DNA of 64,000 bases, from NCBI GenBank assembly GCA_041750285.1, contig JBGSZS010000009.1, forward strand, positions 1 through 64,000. Direction: 5' to 3'. Below are positions 18,597-27,596 of the stretch, one piece after another; position 1 is the stretch's first letter; each line of letters opens with the position of its first letter. The notes below the pieces were generated by a model. The model was not told the DNA's origin, made no database searches, and saw only the letters and a program-made list of their open reading frames with translations. Source of the stretch: Candidatus Fermentibacteraceae bacterium. GTDB taxonomy: Bacteria > Fermentibacterota > Fermentibacteria > Fermentibacterales > JCC-6. A program made the position numbers and the translations under genes.

Positions 18597-19714
18597 CCGA
18601 TCAAAACACGGGCGACTTCCGGACGGGTGAACTCCGGGGGGGGAAGTTCGCCGGCGGCCAGCATGGCGCGAACCTTGGTTCCGGACAGGAAGACATGGTG
18701 TTCGGATGAGTGGGGGCAGGTGCGGGAAGTGGCCATGCTGCCGCATGTCCTGCAGAAGAATGAGTGCTCGAAGCGCAGGGGGACGATGCCTATCTCTGAT
18801 GGGTCGAAGCTGTCGAAGATATTCTGGGCGTCGTAGGTGCCGTAATAGTTCCCGACTCCGGCATGATCACGTCCCACGATGAAATGGGTGCAGCCGTAAT
18901 TCTTCCGGGCGATGGCGTGAAAAACGGCTTCGCGTGGACCCGCATACCTCATGGCTGCAGGAAAGACGGAAAGGGCCGTGCGGTCGGATGGAAAATATCG
19001 AGAAAGGAGCTCGGTGTAGCAACGCATCCGTACTTCGGCCGATATGTCACCCTCTTTGGTGTCCCCGACGAGAGGGTGAACCAGAAGACCGTCCACTATC
19101 TCCATGGCACACTTCTGTATGTACTCGTGAGCCCTGTGGATGGGGTTGCGGGTCTGGAAGGCGACAACGCTTCTCCAGCCCTTTTTTTTGAACAGCTCAC
19201 GGGTCTCGGACGGGTTCAGCCTGTATTCGCGGAAGGGCTGAGAATCTCTGTAATCAATCGCTCCAACTTCCCCGCCGATACAGGTATCCGTAAGCCCACC
19301 CAGGTACTCCACGCCGGGATGGGCTGGATCCGTGGTGAGAAGAGTTGTCTCTGCTTCGTGATGAAGTTCCCTTCTGAACACATCCGTTACTTTGATCATC
19401 CCCCTGATTCTGCCATCGTGCGAAAGCACAGCGGTGTCTCCCGAAACGGGAACGGGATCACCCGGCTTGTGGGAAAGGGTCACGGGAAGGCTGAAAACCC
19501 TGTCATCAGAAAGCCGCATCCGTTCAAGGACACTCGAGTAGTCATCACGGGTCATGAAACCTGAAAGTGGGCTCAGTGCTCCGCAACCGATCATTTCCAG
19601 GTCACTTGCCTCCCGCGAGTCAAGGTTCAGGACAGGCAGGCCTTCCGGAATGGAATCGGGGGAGATCGAACGGTCAATAAGCTTTCCGCCGTGGGGCTCT
19701 ATCATCACTTGCAT
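18578..19714 (-). CDS. sat: Sulfate adenylyltransferase (ATP sulfurylase)
   Basis: PHGGKL, AFQTRNPIHRAHEY, MRYAGPREA, HFIVGRDHAGVG, LSGTKVR, PPEFTRPEV. Start may be 19705 or 19708. Confidence 0.96.
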   Translation of the reverse strand: MQVMIEPHGGKLIDRSISPDSIPEGLPVLNLDSREASDLEMIGCGALSPLSGFMTRDDYSSVLERMRLSDDRVFSLPVTLSHKPGDPVPVSGDTAVLSHDGRIRGMIKVTDVFRRELHHEAETTLLTTDPAHPGVEYLGGLTDTCIGGEVGAIDYRDSQPFREYRLNPSETRELFKKKGWRSVVAFQTRNPIHRAHEYIQKCAMEIVDGLLVHPLVGDTKEGDISAEVRMRCYTELLSRYFPSDRTALSVFPAAMRYAGPREAVFHAIARKNYGCTHFIVGRDHAGVGNYYGTYDAQNIFDSFDPSEIGIVPLRFEHSFFCRTCGSMATSRTCPHSSEHHVFLSGTKVRAMLAAGELPPPEFTRPEVARVLIGGDGLR

Positions 19715-19733
19715 TCCTTCATGGTTGGTAAAC

Positions 19734-20351
19734 TCAGGGAGTGTATCTCTCGGGGGCGATGGTGCGGGAGGCGTACGCCTGGTTCAGGAGGTCTCGAATC
19801 AGATCTTCGAGGGGAATCTGCTCCCATGATTCGTAGTAACGGGCGGCGATGGCACCGTTGGAGTCGATTATCAGCACCGCAGGCAGGGCGTTGACCCCGA
19901 AAAGCCTTGTTACGGTGCTGTCGGGATCTAGAAGCATGGGGCACCGCAGCGGCCAATGCGCAGCCTCCTCTGCGGAACCCATTCCCGCGGCCACGATCAC
20001 GCATGCCACTGGCGAATCGTTGAACTGCATGGCCAGCTCCTCCATTCGGTTCACGTCACGGAGGTCGGCAAGCACGCTAAGGCTGTTGAAAAGAACCACG
20101 ACAACATGGCCCTTCAATTCCTGGAAAAGGCTTATCTGATCCTGCGAATTGACCCAGGTGTAGCCCCGGGGAAAGTCGGGAGCCAGATTGTGGCGAAGCA
20201 CCTGGCCCGATTCCGGCTGCGCGCGGAACATGAAACCTGCAACAACGGCAAAGGCAGCAACAGCAAGCGCGAAAAGCAGCGCATTCCGGGATTTCTCCCG
20301 GGAGTAATCACTGGCCGGCAGATCGCGCCTGTGCTGTTTGAAAAGGCCCAA
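19734..20351 (-). CDS. Membrane-anchored thioredoxin-like (TlpA/redoxin fold) protein lacking CxxC
   Basis: TM helix, APDFP...WVNS, LKGHVVVVLF, FGVNALPAVLIIDSNG. TTG start at 20351 with upstream GGAAGG. Confidence 0.65.
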   Translation of the reverse strand: MGLFKQHRRDLPASDYSREKSRNALLFALAVAAFAVVAGFMFRAQPESGQVLRHNLAPDFPRGYTWVNSQDQISLFQELKGHVVVVLFNSLSVLADLRDVNRMEELAMQFNDSPVACVIVAAGMGSAEEAAHWPLRCPMLLDPDSTVTRLFGVNALPAVLIIDSNGAIAARYYESWEQIPLEDLIRDLLNQAYASRTIAPERYTP

Positions 20352-20353
20352 GA

Positions 20354-20683
20354 CTACCTTCCGATCAATCTTCCCAGAATGAACGCAATGGGCATCCAGA
20401 TGATTGATGACCCGAAGAAGAAAAGCCAACCGTTCTTCACGAAATCAAGGTCGCCGTGGTGAAGCGCAAGGATCGCAAGGGCGCTCCAACCCAGAAGAAG
20501 AAGCCCAAGCACCGCACTTTCGACTTTGCCTGGGTTGGCCGCAATGGCTGCAACGCCCGAGGCTGCAAAGATCACGGGCCACCACCGGCCGAGATTGATA
20601 CCCATCCCCATCAGAAGAAACACGATGCCCAGGCCGCAGGCAATGATGGAGAAAACGATCAATCCCCTTGTAACGGTTCTCAT
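20354..20683 (-). CDS. Small four-TM membrane protein (LiaF/DUF5668-like)
   Basis: GLGIVFLL...RWWPVIF pattern; hydrophobic; fits the operon. Confidence 0.55.
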   Translation of the reverse strand: MRTVTRGLIVFSIIACGLGIVFLLMGMGINLGRWWPVIFAASGVAAIAANPGKVESAVLGLLLLGWSALAILALHHGDLDFVKNGWLFFFGSSIIWMPIAFILGRLIGR

Positions 20684-20689
20684 GGAAAC

Positions 20690-21160
20690 CTACCTTTCGG
20701 GCTCTGACGGGGGGGTGAGGGTGGTCAGATCCACCAGCCACCGCTCCCCGACAAGTTCCACACCAACCTCCTGAAGCCCCGAATCGGTGGAAAGGATGAC
20801 GACCCGCCGGAATTCCGAAACATGCCGAACGGACCTGACTGTTCCCGACAGGTTTCCGGCATCGGGGTTTTCGGAAGTCATTCCAATGAAAAGGTCGCGA
20901 CCGTCCATCTCAGCGAACTCTTCTGGCGTTACCCCTCCCATCAGCGAATCGAGCGCACCTCTCGACTCCTCGTACCCGAACCTTTGCAGGACGACTGCCG
21001 TTGAATCGTAAACCGCCATGGTCGAGGGGCTGAGGAGATCCCAGGCTTCAGATGAGGCTCCCTCGTCGAGGTTCCGAACGAACGCCTTGACCACCTGAGC
21101 GGCAGGATCCTGACCGCACCCGCAAAGAACCGCCACCACAAGAACAGGCAACGTTCTCAT
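20690..21160 (-). CDS. Hypothetical lipoprotein
   Basis: [15 protein letters not shown] lipobox-like sequence; coupled to the upstream gene. Confidence 0.65.
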   Translation of the reverse strand: MRTLPVLVVAVLCGCGQDPAAQVVKAFVRNLDEGASSEAWDLLSPSTMAVYDSTAVVLQRFGYEESRGALDSLMGGVTPEEFAEMDGRDLFIGMTSENPDAGNLSGTVRSVRHVSEFRRVVILSTDSGLQEVGVELVGERWLVDLTTLTPPSEPER

Positions 21161-22404
21161 CAGAGACAGTGCACCACAAGGCCGCTGCGCAGCTTGGGCT
21201 CGAACCAGGTCGACTTGGGGGGCATGACCCTTCCTGTGTCGGCCACGGAGAGAAGCTGGTCGAGGGTGGTAGGGTACATGCTGAAAGCCACGGCGAACTT
21301 CCCAGAATCAACCAGGCGAACCAGCTCGCCGGTTCCCCTTATGCCGCCAATGAAATCTATCCTGTCAGACGTCCTGGGGTCTTCAATGCCGAGGATCGGT
21401 GACAGAAGACGGTTCTGAAGGATGCTCACATCCAGCCCCTCGACCGGATCGGATTCAGTCGGCGCACCAGGAAGGGGAGTCAGCGTGAACCACTGCCCTT
21501 TCATGTACATCGAGAACTCTCTGGGCACAAGGGGGCTGGCCTTTCCCGAGCGTGTGACGGTGAAGGCCTGCGACACTTTCTCGAGGAACTGCTCGGGAGT
21601 CATACCGAAAAGGTCACGAACGGCCCTGTTGTATGGAAGGATCCTTAGCTGGCTCTTGGGGAAGATGACTGCGAGAATGAAGTTGTACTCCTCGAGTCCA
21701 GTATGGTTCGGGTTTGCTTCCCGGCGTCTCTTGGCAACGATGGCGGCCGAGGCGCTGCGGTGGTGGCCATCGGCCACGTAGAGGTTCGGAGCCCCGGTTC
21801 TGAAGAGGGCTTCGAGCGAGGTGATGTCGGCCGGGTCGGTAACAAGCCAGAGCGTGTGCCTGATCCCGTCCGACGCTGTGAAGTCGTACTCAGGAGTCCC
21901 GGCGGTGTTCTTCTTCTCGATGGCGTCAACTCCGGGAATGTCTCGATAGGTGAGGAAGACAGGGCCCGCCTGGGCATTGTGTGACATTATGTGGCGGATA
22001 CGGTCTTCTTCCTTCGCCTTGCGGGTGTGTTCGTGCTTCCTTATCACGTCGTTGTCGTACTCGTCGGCGGAAACGCAGGCCACAAGCCCGACCTGGGCGT
22101 GATCACCCATGATCTGCCTGTAGAAATAGAGCATGGGCTGCGTGTCCTGAACCATCAGGCCCTCTTCCACGAGCCTTCTCAGGTTGACGGCCCCCTGGCG
22201 GTAAACCTCTTCGCTGTAGAGGCCTATGCTCGGGTCGAGGTCGACCTCAGGCTTGACCACCCTTAAAAAGCTCAGCGGGTTGTCCTTCACGATGTCACGC
22301 GCTTCATCCGAATCAATGACATCGTAGGGAAGTGATGCGATCCTGTGAGCGAACTCCTTCCGGGGTCTCAAGCCCCGGAACGGCCTGATCATCGACATTT
22401 TCAA
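21160..22404 (-). CDS. DUF1015 family protein
   Basis: [52 protein letters not shown]. Confidence 0.92.
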   Translation of the reverse strand: MKMSMIRPFRGLRPRKEFAHRIASLPYDVIDSDEARDIVKDNPLSFLRVVKPEVDLDPSIGLYSEEVYRQGAVNLRRLVEEGLMVQDTQPMLYFYRQIMGDHAQVGLVACVSADEYDNDVIRKHEHTRKAKEEDRIRHIMSHNAQAGPVFLTYRDIPGVDAIEKKNTAGTPEYDFTASDGIRHTLWLVTDPADITSLEALFRTGAPNLYVADGHHRSASAAIVAKRRREANPNHTGLEEYNFILAVIFPKSQLRILPYNRAVRDLFGMTPEQFLEKVSQAFTVTRSGKASPLVPREFSMYMKGQWFTLTPLPGAPTESDPVEGLDVSILQNRLLSPILGIEDPRTSDRIDFIGGIRGTGELVRLVDSGKFAVAFSMYPTTLDQLLSVADTGRVMPPKSTWFEPKLRSGLVVHCL

Positions 22405-23399
22405 ATCCTCCGCTTGGTGTTGGAAAGCAGTGCCAGATCAGAATCAACCATTTCTCGTACGAGCCCCTTGAAACACGTTTCGGGGCGCCAGCCCAGAACG
22501 GTTCCGGCCTTCGAGGCATCGCCCCTCAGTGCCTGGACCTCGGTGGGTCTCAGGTATCGTTCATCGGTTTTTACGAACCGGTGCCAGTCGAGGTCGAGGT
22601 GGCTGAAAACCTCGTCGAGGAATTCCCTTACCGTGTGCATCTCTCCCGTAGCCACGACGTAGTCGCCGGGTTCGGGCTGCTGCAGCATGGCATGCATGGC
22701 CTTCACGTAGTCACGGGCGTGGCCCCAGTCCCGGGCCGAGTCGAGGTTGCCAAGAACCAGGGAGTCGGCAAGACCGAGTTTGATGCTGGCAGCGCCAACG
22801 GTGATCTTGCGTGTCACGAAGTTCTCGCCCCTCCTGGGAGACTCATGATTGAAAAGTATCCCGTTGGAGGCGTGAATGCCGTAGGCTTCCCTGTAGTTCA
22901 CGACCATCCAGTGTGCACAGAGCTTTGCTGCGGCATAGGGGCTTCGGGGGTGAAACGGTGTCGTTTCGCACTGTGGAGGGGGGCTTGAACCGAACATCTC
23001 GCTGGTGCCCGCCTGATAGAACCTGCACTTCCCGGCAAGACCCGTTTCCCTCAGGGCATCAAGAAGCCTGGCAACCCCGATGGCGTTAACGTCGGTCGTG
23101 TATTCAGGCATCTGGAAAGAGATCCCCACATGGCTCTGCGCGGCAAGGTTGTAAACCTCGTCGGGCTCCACCTTCTCGAGGATGCGGTTCAGCGCGCTGG
23201 AGTCGGACATGTCGCCGTAATGGAGGAACAGGGTGCTGCCGTATATGGAACAGTCTGTGGTGAGCGAGTCGATGCGTCCACGGTTGAAGCTGCTCGAACG
23301 CCTCACCACTCCGTGAACGGTGTACCCCTTCTCAAGCAGGAACTCGGTCAGATAGGAGCCGTCCTGCCCGGTAATACCGGTGATCAGAGCCTTTTTCAA
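22401..23399 (-). CDS. gmd: GDP-mannose 4,6-dehydratase
   Basis: [64 protein letters not shown]. Confidence 0.96.
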   Translation of the reverse strand: MKKALITGITGQDGSYLTEFLLEKGYTVHGVVRRSSSFNRGRIDSLTTDCSIYGSTLFLHYGDMSDSSALNRILEKVEPDEVYNLAAQSHVGISFQMPEYTTDVNAIGVARLLDALRETGLAGKCRFYQAGTSEMFGSSPPPQCETTPFHPRSPYAAAKLCAHWMVVNYREAYGIHASNGILFNHESPRRGENFVTRKITVGAASIKLGLADSLVLGNLDSARDWGHARDYVKAMHAMLQQPEPGDYVVATGEMHTVREFLDEVFSHLDLDWHRFVKTDERYLRPTEVQALRGDASKAGTVLGWRPETCFKGLVREMVDSDLALLSNTKRRI

Positions 23400-23435
23400 G
23401 AAAGACCTCCCGGAGAATAGTCACGCAGTAAAATA

Positions 23436-24155
23436 CTACGTACGGCCTTCCGTGCCCAGAACTGTCTTGAGGGCCTTTCGCTCAGCCGGCCAGCGGGGAT
23501 CGAGCACTACGCCGTCAATGGACCTGAAGAGACGCCTCCAGTGGCCAAGGTGAAGACCGGCAGCGGCGGAGAGGCTCGTGCCCTCGAAGACCACCCTCCA
23601 CTTCCACTCCCTTTCCCCCCTTCCCCATGCCTGCAAAGCCGCCGGAAGACCTGAGGGATCTGCTCCGCGGTGGCACATCTCAAGCATTGCCAGCGTATCC
23701 CACGGGAAACCCCCCTCTCCGGTCGGTTCTCCGGGTGGGGTTTCTTCGCCGGACAGCCTGACAACCCTGGCGGCCAGCACCGGAAGGTCGGCGAGCGCCG
23801 CGCACCTTGCCCAATCCTTCCTGGCCTCGGCAAGAAGGAACAATGGTCCCCGGCCAAGCGCCTGTGCCCTCGCTTCCGATCCCTCATCCAACCTGGCACG
23901 GCGGGCTGCTTCAAAGACCGCTTCCGCCTCTTTCCACCTGCTCCCTCGGCATAGAGCATCCCCGAGTATGGAAAGCCCTGTTCCATCTGGAGGAAGTGCC
24001 CTGGCTGCCACAATGGCCTGAGGGATCTGCCCAAGTTCAAGCAGTATTTTCACTTCCCTGTGCCTGAGCTTCATTGTGGCATCGGGGTCGGTCTCGTTGC
24101 GGAGACGGTTCTTCAGCGCAAGGAGTTGACAGCCGCCCGGTCTTTGATTACGCAT
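23436..24155 (-). CDS. Hypothetical helical/TPR-like protein
   Basis: ORF with LGDALCRGSRWKEAEAVFEAA TPR-like segment. Start uncertain. Confidence 0.5.
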   Translation of the reverse strand: MRNQRPGGCQLLALKNRLRNETDPDATMKLRHREVKILLELGQIPQAIVAARALPPDGTGLSILGDALCRGSRWKEAEAVFEAARRARLDEGSEARAQALGRGPLFLLAEARKDWARCAALADLPVLAARVVRLSGEETPPGEPTGEGGFPWDTLAMLEMCHRGADPSGLPAALQAWGRGEREWKWRVVFEGTSLSAAAGLHLGHWRRLFRSIDGVVLDPRWPAERKALKTVLGTEGRT

Positions 24156-24181
24156 GACCTACCAATACGGATGGAGCTGCA

Positions 24182-24955
24182 ATGGACGAACTCTTCGAAG
24201 GCATCGTTTCGAACACCACTTCGGGTGCTTCGGAAACATACATGAAGATACTCAATCACATCATCCTGGGTAATCTGAAAGACCCCGACCTTCCGGAAGC
24301 CCTGATGCGTTCTGCGGGGGACATGGTTCCTCTCTGCTATGTTTCCCGGCGCCTCTCGCAGGAACCGGTATTCAGATGGAAGGACACAGCTGGCGATCTC
24401 CAGAGGGAGATCAGGCAGCAGGCGATCGAAGCGGGCATCCAGCTGTACAAGCAGTTGGAGGAAACGGGCAACGTGATTCTGTGCCACAGCAGAAGCGGCT
24501 CGGTGCTGAAAGCGCTCGAACATCGCAAGAACCGGCTGGATACCGTCTATCAGACTGTTTCGCGCCCGGGGGAAGAGGGCAGAAGCGCAGCCGAAACACT
24601 GATCCAGAACGGCTTCAAGGTCGAGCTGATAGAAGACGATGCTTTCCCCGAGGCCCTTTCGAAAGGCGCCGTGCCGGTGATGGGAGCCGATGCGGTAACC
24701 GAGGAGTTCCTTGTGAACAAGGTCGGTTCGCTGGCGATAATCAAGGCTGCCCTCGAGGCTCAGATAACACCCGTCATTATCGCGGGCAGGGAGAAGCTGA
24801 TCCAGGCAGGCATCTACGCTGACAGACCAAGAGGAAGCCTTTTCGAAAGGATCCCTCTTTCGGGGCTCAAGGTCATCGTGGGTCCCCAGACATTCACCAT
24901 TCCGAAACACTCCGCAAAGCTCGCAGCCCTGATCGGCAGCCAGGAAACCTGCTGA
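24182..24955 (+). CDS. eIF-2B alpha/beta/delta-like (IF-2B family) protein
   Basis: ILCHSRSGSV, SRPGEEG, MGADAV, VNKVGS, FERIP motifs. Confidence 0.8.
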   Translation: MDELFEGIVSNTTSGASETYMKILNHIILGNLKDPDLPEALMRSAGDMVPLCYVSRRLSQEPVFRWKDTAGDLQREIRQQAIEAGIQLYKQLEETGNVILCHSRSGSVLKALEHRKNRLDTVYQTVSRPGEEGRSAAETLIQNGFKVELIEDDAFPEALSKGAVPVMGADAVTEEFLVNKVGSLAIIKAALEAQITPVIIAGREKLIQAGIYADRPRGSLFERIPLSGLKVIVGPQTFTIPKHSAKLAALIGSQETC

Positions 24956-24956
24956 G

Positions 24957-27596
24957 ATGGGTTCCCAGGCCCTTTACGAGGGGCACTGGCGCGCCCTTGA
25001 GAAGGTTTTTCTCAAAAGCCTTGCCTCGTGCAGTGAACGGCCGCTTGCCGTCGTAACGGCGGGATACCCGCTGCTCGAGCGCCTTGTGGCCGTGCTTGAA
25101 GAAGCCGGTATTGCGGATCTTGCAGGGGTTCAGTTCCTGCCGGGCATCCCCAGGCTTGCTGAAAAGCTCTCCCCCCTGCCGCCGCCTCATCCTGTCTCGC
25201 CGGCGGATCTTGCGGGTTGCGGGCTTTCCGCATACGGGTCACCAGAGAAAGCCTTGTCAGGAACGGGTTTTCTGTCGGGGATGCTCGAGCAGGGAATCGG
25301 TTCCGAAGAGTTCGGGCTCGTGCTGCAATCTCTGCCGGAAGACCCGGGTCCCACTGCCCGAAACGCCCTCAAGGCACTTCAGGCATTTGAGGAAGCTCTT
25401 TCCACGACCTGCGCCCGAAGAGTTGACACACTTATGAGGGAAACTCCGGCGAGCGCTTTCGCAGGTGTTTTCATGTACGGTTTCTACGACCTCAACCCGG
25501 CCCAGAGAAGGTTCGTCAGGGCTCTTTTCGCAGGCACGCCCGTCACCTGGTTCAGCCCCATCCATCCGTCGTCCCCCTGGAGGGGAGTGTACGCCAGAAC
25601 AGGGGATTTCCTGGGAACGCTGTACACCGGCAGGCGCCACAGGGTAGACACCGGGATCCCGTTTTCGCCCATCGCGCTTCTTGGGGAAAGCCTTCTGACA
25701 GACAAAGTGATCTCTCCACCGCCCGGTGTGGAAACGGTCCGATGCGGGAGCGGCCTTGGTTTTGACCAGGGGCTGGTTCGCGCGGTAAGGAACCTTCAGC
25801 AGATCCGTCCCGGGTTTCGGGTTGCAGTGGCCGCCAGAAGCCTTGACAGGGAAAACGCGGCACTTGCCCTGAACCTGGCCGGGATCCCGACGAACCCGGG
25901 GGTTTCGATGTCTCTGAACGCAACCCCCTACGGCCGTTTCCTGACAGGCGTGTGCGGGCTTCCCGCATGGAACTGGCACAACCTTGAGATCGGCAGACTC
26001 CTTGCAACGGGGGTGGTGTTCGGTGAGAGCCCGTCCCGCTACGCTGCGCAGGTTTCCGCCACTGGCGCCCGCTTCGGCATCGAAGCGCTGAAAAGGCTTG
26101 AACTGCCCTTCGCGAGGAAACTCGTCGCCTTTCACGCGGGCCTGCCCGAGGCCGGACCTCCCGCAATGTTCCTCGAAACCCTCGAAAAGCTTGTTGAAGA
26201 CCCCGAAGGCATCCCGCTGCCCGAACTTTTCCACGATCTGGTCTTCGACAGGCTTTCGTGGGGTTTTAAAGGGAGAGTGAACCTCGAGGGCTTCAGTGTC
26301 ATGCTGAAGGCCCAGCTTGAAGGCACTTCCGTTCAGGTATTCCCCAAATGCCGCACCGGGGTGCAGGTCCTTTCGCCGGAACAGATCAGGGGAACCCTCT
26401 TCGACGGGATCGTGCTGACCGGCCTCGAAGAGGCTGTTCTCCCTTCCAGAACACCCGAGGATCCAAGGTTCCCGGCGGTCCTGCGAAAAGCTCTGGGCAT
26501 GAGCTCAGGGGAGACGAGGGAACAGGAGGAAGCCTTCGTTCTGAGGCAGGTCTTCGAGGCCGCAGGAGACCGCATGATTCTCGTTGTCCGCACCATGGAC
26601 TCCGAGGGCAGGGCCCAGAGACATTCACCCCTTGTCTCCGGGCTTTTGGAAGCGCCCGGGGTCCAATGCTTCACTGTGTCCGATTCGGCTCTTACTCTGC
26701 TTCCTCCCCCCCCGGAAGCTCCGTTTTTCGAAAGGTCACTGGCGGCGGAGAGGGAAAGGCTTTCAAAAGGTGTCTTCGGCCCTCACGACGGTATTGTGGG
26801 ACCCGGCATCTTCCCCGTCCCCGAATGCATCTCCGCAACGATGCTGGAGAGCTACGCCGCGTGTCCATTCATGTACATGGTGGAAAGGCTCTGGCGCCTT
26901 CCCGAACCTTCCGAGGCTCCGGTTGTCTCCTTTCCGGACGGCAGGACCCACGGAACTTTCGTTCACAGGGCTCTGGAACTAGCCATCGCGAACAGCGACC
27001 CCGCAGCCGCAGTGCGACAGGCACTGGAAGGCAGCGATCTCAACGCACTGCTCGGTTCGGCGGCGTTTGCCTCAAACTACCCCGTAACACTCCTCGACAG
27101 CGTTCAAAAAGCTCTGGACTTCTTCGAAAGAGAGAGGTTGAGTCCGCTTGCCAGTGAGAAGACGGTAACCGGAACCATAGCCGGCCTTGCTGCGACTGGA
27201 AGGCTTGACCTTCTCATGGACTCGCCGGACGGCCTCGTTGCGATCGACCTGAAAACAGGCAACCCGGCAAAGACACGCAGACCCCTCGAAAAGCCCGGGC
27301 TCTTCCAGCTTCCGGTCTATTACGCCCTCTCCCTGGAAAAGCCCGTGATGATGGGTTACCTTCATGTTCAGAAGACAGGCGCGCCCGTGATGAACCGTGT
27401 CTCCTCCCAAGAGGTCGAACAGGCCATGCCGGAAGTGAAGGACAGGATCAGGGAGATACATGGAGCCATATCGAACGGATGGTTCCCGCCCAGGGGCGAC
27501 GAGAGCGTGTGCAACCACTGCGGCTGCGGCCATCTTTGCCGGTTGAGCCCCAGAACGCGCCTTGAAGGGAAGGTAACCGGTGCTGGATCCTCCTGA
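24957..27596 (+). CDS. addB: AddB-like helicase-nuclease subunit (PD-(D/E)XK nuclease with Fe-S staple)
   Basis: SATMLESYAACPF, GTFVHRALE, GRLDLL, IDLKTG, QLPVY, C-terminal CNHCGCGHLC; directly upstream of the AddA-like gene. Confidence 0.78.
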   Translation: MGSQALYEGHWRALEKVFLKSLASCSERPLAVVTAGYPLLERLVAVLEEAGIADLAGVQFLPGIPRLAEKLSPLPPPHPVSPADLAGCGLSAYGSPEKALSGTGFLSGMLEQGIGSEEFGLVLQSLPEDPGPTARNALKALQAFEEALSTTCARRVDTLMRETPASAFAGVFMYGFYDLNPAQRRFVRALFAGTPVTWFSPIHPSSPWRGVYARTGDFLGTLYTGRRHRVDTGIPFSPIALLGESLLTDKVISPPPGVETVRCGSGLGFDQGLVRAVRNLQQIRPGFRVAVAARSLDRENAALALNLAGIPTNPGVSMSLNATPYGRFLTGVCGLPAWNWHNLEIGRLLATGVVFGESPSRYAAQVSATGARFGIEALKRLELPFARKLVAFHAGLPEAGPPAMFLETLEKLVEDPEGIPLPELFHDLVFDRLSWGFKGRVNLEGFSVMLKAQLEGTSVQVFPKCRTGVQVLSPEQIRGTLFDGIVLTGLEEAVLPSRTPEDPRFPAVLRKALGMSSGETREQEEAFVLRQVFEAAGDRMILVVRTMDSEGRAQRHSPLVSGLLEAPGVQCFTVSDSALTLLPPPPEAPFFERSLAAERERLSKGVFGPHDGIVGPGIFPVPECISATMLESYAACPFMYMVERLWRLPEPSEAPVVSFPDGRTHGTFVHRALELAIANSDPAAAVRQALEGSDLNALLGSAAFASNYPVTLLDSVQKALDFFERERLSPLASEKTVTGTIAGLAATGRLDLLMDSPDGLVAIDLKTGNPAKTRRPLEKPGLFQLPVYYALSLEKPVMMGYLHVQKTGAPVMNRVSSQEVEQAMPEVKDRIREIHGAISNGWFPPRGDESVCNHCGCGHLCRLSPRTRLEGKVTGAGSS

